Below, piece after piece: positions 62,004 to 64,000 of a stretch of DNA of 64,000 bases. The first letter of the stretch is position 1, and each line of letters opens with the position of its first letter. The notes beneath the pieces were generated by a model. It worked only from the letters and a program-made list of their open reading frames with translations. It did not search any database and was not told the DNA's origin. Both the position numbers and the translations under genes were made by a program. The DNA lies in assembly GCA_030704615.1 (NCBI GenBank), contig CM060731.1:44268001-44332000 (forward strand), in the 5' to 3' direction. The stretch comes from Takakia lepidozioides (taxonomy: Eukaryota > Plantae > Bryophyta).

Positions 62004-64000
62004 TTACTGTTTGGGATGAGCAAACATTTGTGAGCGAGCACCCTTCTGTCGGTGAGAGTCGCATGAAGGACTCCGTGTGTGAGCCAGAGTCCTATCACTG
62101 GCGGATGGAGATGATTGAGCACTACCTGGAAATGTCTGACCCTCCTTTGGCTGATAACGAGGTAATCTCTCGGGCATAGGAGATCCTCGTCGTTTCTTCT
62201 CTGCCATCTGAAGTGCATCTGAAGAAACAGTAGTATCAGAATCCTCGTCCCCCCTTAGGTGTTTTAACGGCCAAACTTTAAGTGGAATCCTATGTGGCAT
62301 GCAATGCGGTCCCACCATGTCTGGAAGTTTAAACTGTATAACTTGTTGTAAGCGCTTGCAAGCAAAATTAGTGAACACCCTGAACTCCTTATCCGTATAG
62401 GTGAGAGGTATGCCAATGACTTTGGAATAGTGTAAGTATTTCCAGGCTTCATGTCCCTTAAAGAGAATATCCTCAAGGCCGAATTTCTGTGTTGTCAAAT
62501 TGTTCCAAGCCGAATTAAACCATGAACGAAGTTGGGAATCCTTCTGCATCATAACTTTTGCATCATATAGGTACATATGAGGTGGCACTGAAGGTAAGAC
62601 CCAATGATCCCCACTGGAATAACTCAGAAATCGTGATTGCATCCTCTGCTGCTCAATGTGACAACGTGCAAGCACCATAGTATAATCCATTATTGAACAA
62701 TATTGTTGCTAAGTAAGTCCCCAGAGTATTGGCTTGTCCCATGACAATACTAGATACCTCCTTGGTCTTGGTATAAATGTACCCATGTACAACCTGGAAG
62801 GCAATTAATTCTTTCAGCATGGTACCTGCCTCAAACCAGTACCTCGCAAAATGATGATCCTCAATGGGTCGATTGTTCGGAAGAACCTTAGTCCGAGTTG
62901 CCACCGGCAACCAAATGCGCATGATCTGATAGTAATGTGCCAACGACTGCGGAGAACTAAATTCCTTCCAAGCCAAATCCAGCACAATGGGAATTTGGTT
63001 GAAGGGCATAATCATAGTCCGACTGTACTCCCGTGCAGCAGGGGTCCTAGGTGGGTTAAAAGCAGCATCCCCCCATACCTCAGGATGTGGTGTGGTTGTA
63101 GTAACAACAGGGTCAGCTACCTGCACAGCCACTTTCTGTGGTATTGGTACCACTGGCCCTTCTATCACTGGCATCTCCAGCGAAGAAGACTGAAAAATTA
63201 GAGTCAAGTAGCCATCAGCTGCTCCTCAGGAACAAAGACTCTCTTGTCAATATTTGAACTCAGGTCATCCACTTGAGTCTGCAGGCCTTCCACATCCTCA
63301 TGTAGCTCCGCTATCCTACTATAGACATTATCTATAGTAATTGTGGAAATGTTCTGCACCTGCAATCAGAGCTCATTCATCTCGCCCTGGGTGAGCTTCC
63401 GTGGTGTTTTGCCTTCTACCGGTCCTTGTGCTAACCAGACCTGCATAAGGTGGTTATCCACCGAGTCCTGTGTGGCACCCCTGAGAGTCTGCTCCTCCGT
63501 GAGTCTGTACACATCTAACTGCTACTGTAAAGCCTCCATGTGCTTTGCATGAGGTTCAACCAGGCCCGCATAGGCAGCAGCCAGATTATTGGCTTCCTTC
63601 CAAGCCTTGTTAGCCACAGAGAGTTCATTTCTATTGACCATGACTGATTGTTGCAACTCCAGGATGTACCTCTCCTGGTCAACCTCAACCTGTCTGTATT
63701 GTTTGAAAGTATTCTCATTGCGACAGATTGTATTCTTCATATCAACAATGAGTTTTACTTGCTCTATTATCTTAGCTTCTGCCCTCATACATCTCTCCCC
63801 TTGTCTGTTAACTTCTAATGCAGTTTGCTCTAGAGTAGTTGTGAGTGTAGCACATTGTATGGTCATCTTCTCATGTACTGCCTCCAACTCTGTATGTAGT
63901 ACGTTCACTTCTTGCAACTTGCCCTCATGCTTCACCTGCAATTGGTATAACTGTTGCTTATATGTTTCATGCAACTGGTCCTGCTCGAGGCCTACTTCAA
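62004..64000 (-). pseudogene. ORF-A: long unknown protein (coiled coil, Pro-rich linker, globular region) with stops and frameshifts; 5' end outside the window
   Basis: Collinear fragments 63522..63974, 62653..63207 and 62004..62690. The stop lies ~20 nt before the PPT. Confidence 0.65.

Larger units (their letters stand above)
57889..64000 (-). mobile_element. 3' part of an LTR-retroelement-like region with accessory ORFs and two PPT-TG junctions; continues beyond the window
   Basis: Minus strand: GAGAGGGGGAGGGGTAA|TGTTAG (61982-61960) and AAGGAAGGGGATGAG|TGTGAC (~59461-59441), each ~10-20 nt after an ORF stop. TATA-like CTATATAAAG at ~59093-59102. The CA end at 57889-57890 is tentative. 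Confidence 0.6.

Overview
Eukaryotic nuclear DNA with GT-AG introns from a land plant with flagellated sperm. It carries SPEF1, PAO-like, GalAK, neprosin, LRR-RLK and F-box/kelch genes; a bryophyte is the best guess, but that is inference. Six host genes can be reconstructed by eye: F-box/kelch (10445-11931,+), non-RD LRR-RLK (23102-25308,+), neprosin (27110-31734,-), SPEF1 (35424-42123,-), galacturonokinase (42740-49229,+) and a divergent, frameshifted PAO-like Rieske oxygenase (49966-54279,-). The most striking content is in the mobile DNA. (1) A decayed LTR-retrotransposon polyprotein at 1746-5420 has a DNMT3-like C5 cytosine methyltransferase domain directly after Gag, zinc knuckles and the aspartic protease, in the protease frame. 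(2) A retroelement-like region at 57889-64000 is built of repeated 'ORF - polypurine tract - TG' modules, with two long unknown coiled-coil ORFs and two tandem F-box-only mini-ORFs. (3) There are two piggyBac-like TTAA MITEs, one with a paralogous empty site in the window. (4) Smaller items include Helitron/Helitron2-like elements, a PIF/Harbinger relic with a template-switch duplication, and a dense intronic cluster of LINE 3' ends. All coordinates were read by hand and no searches were run.
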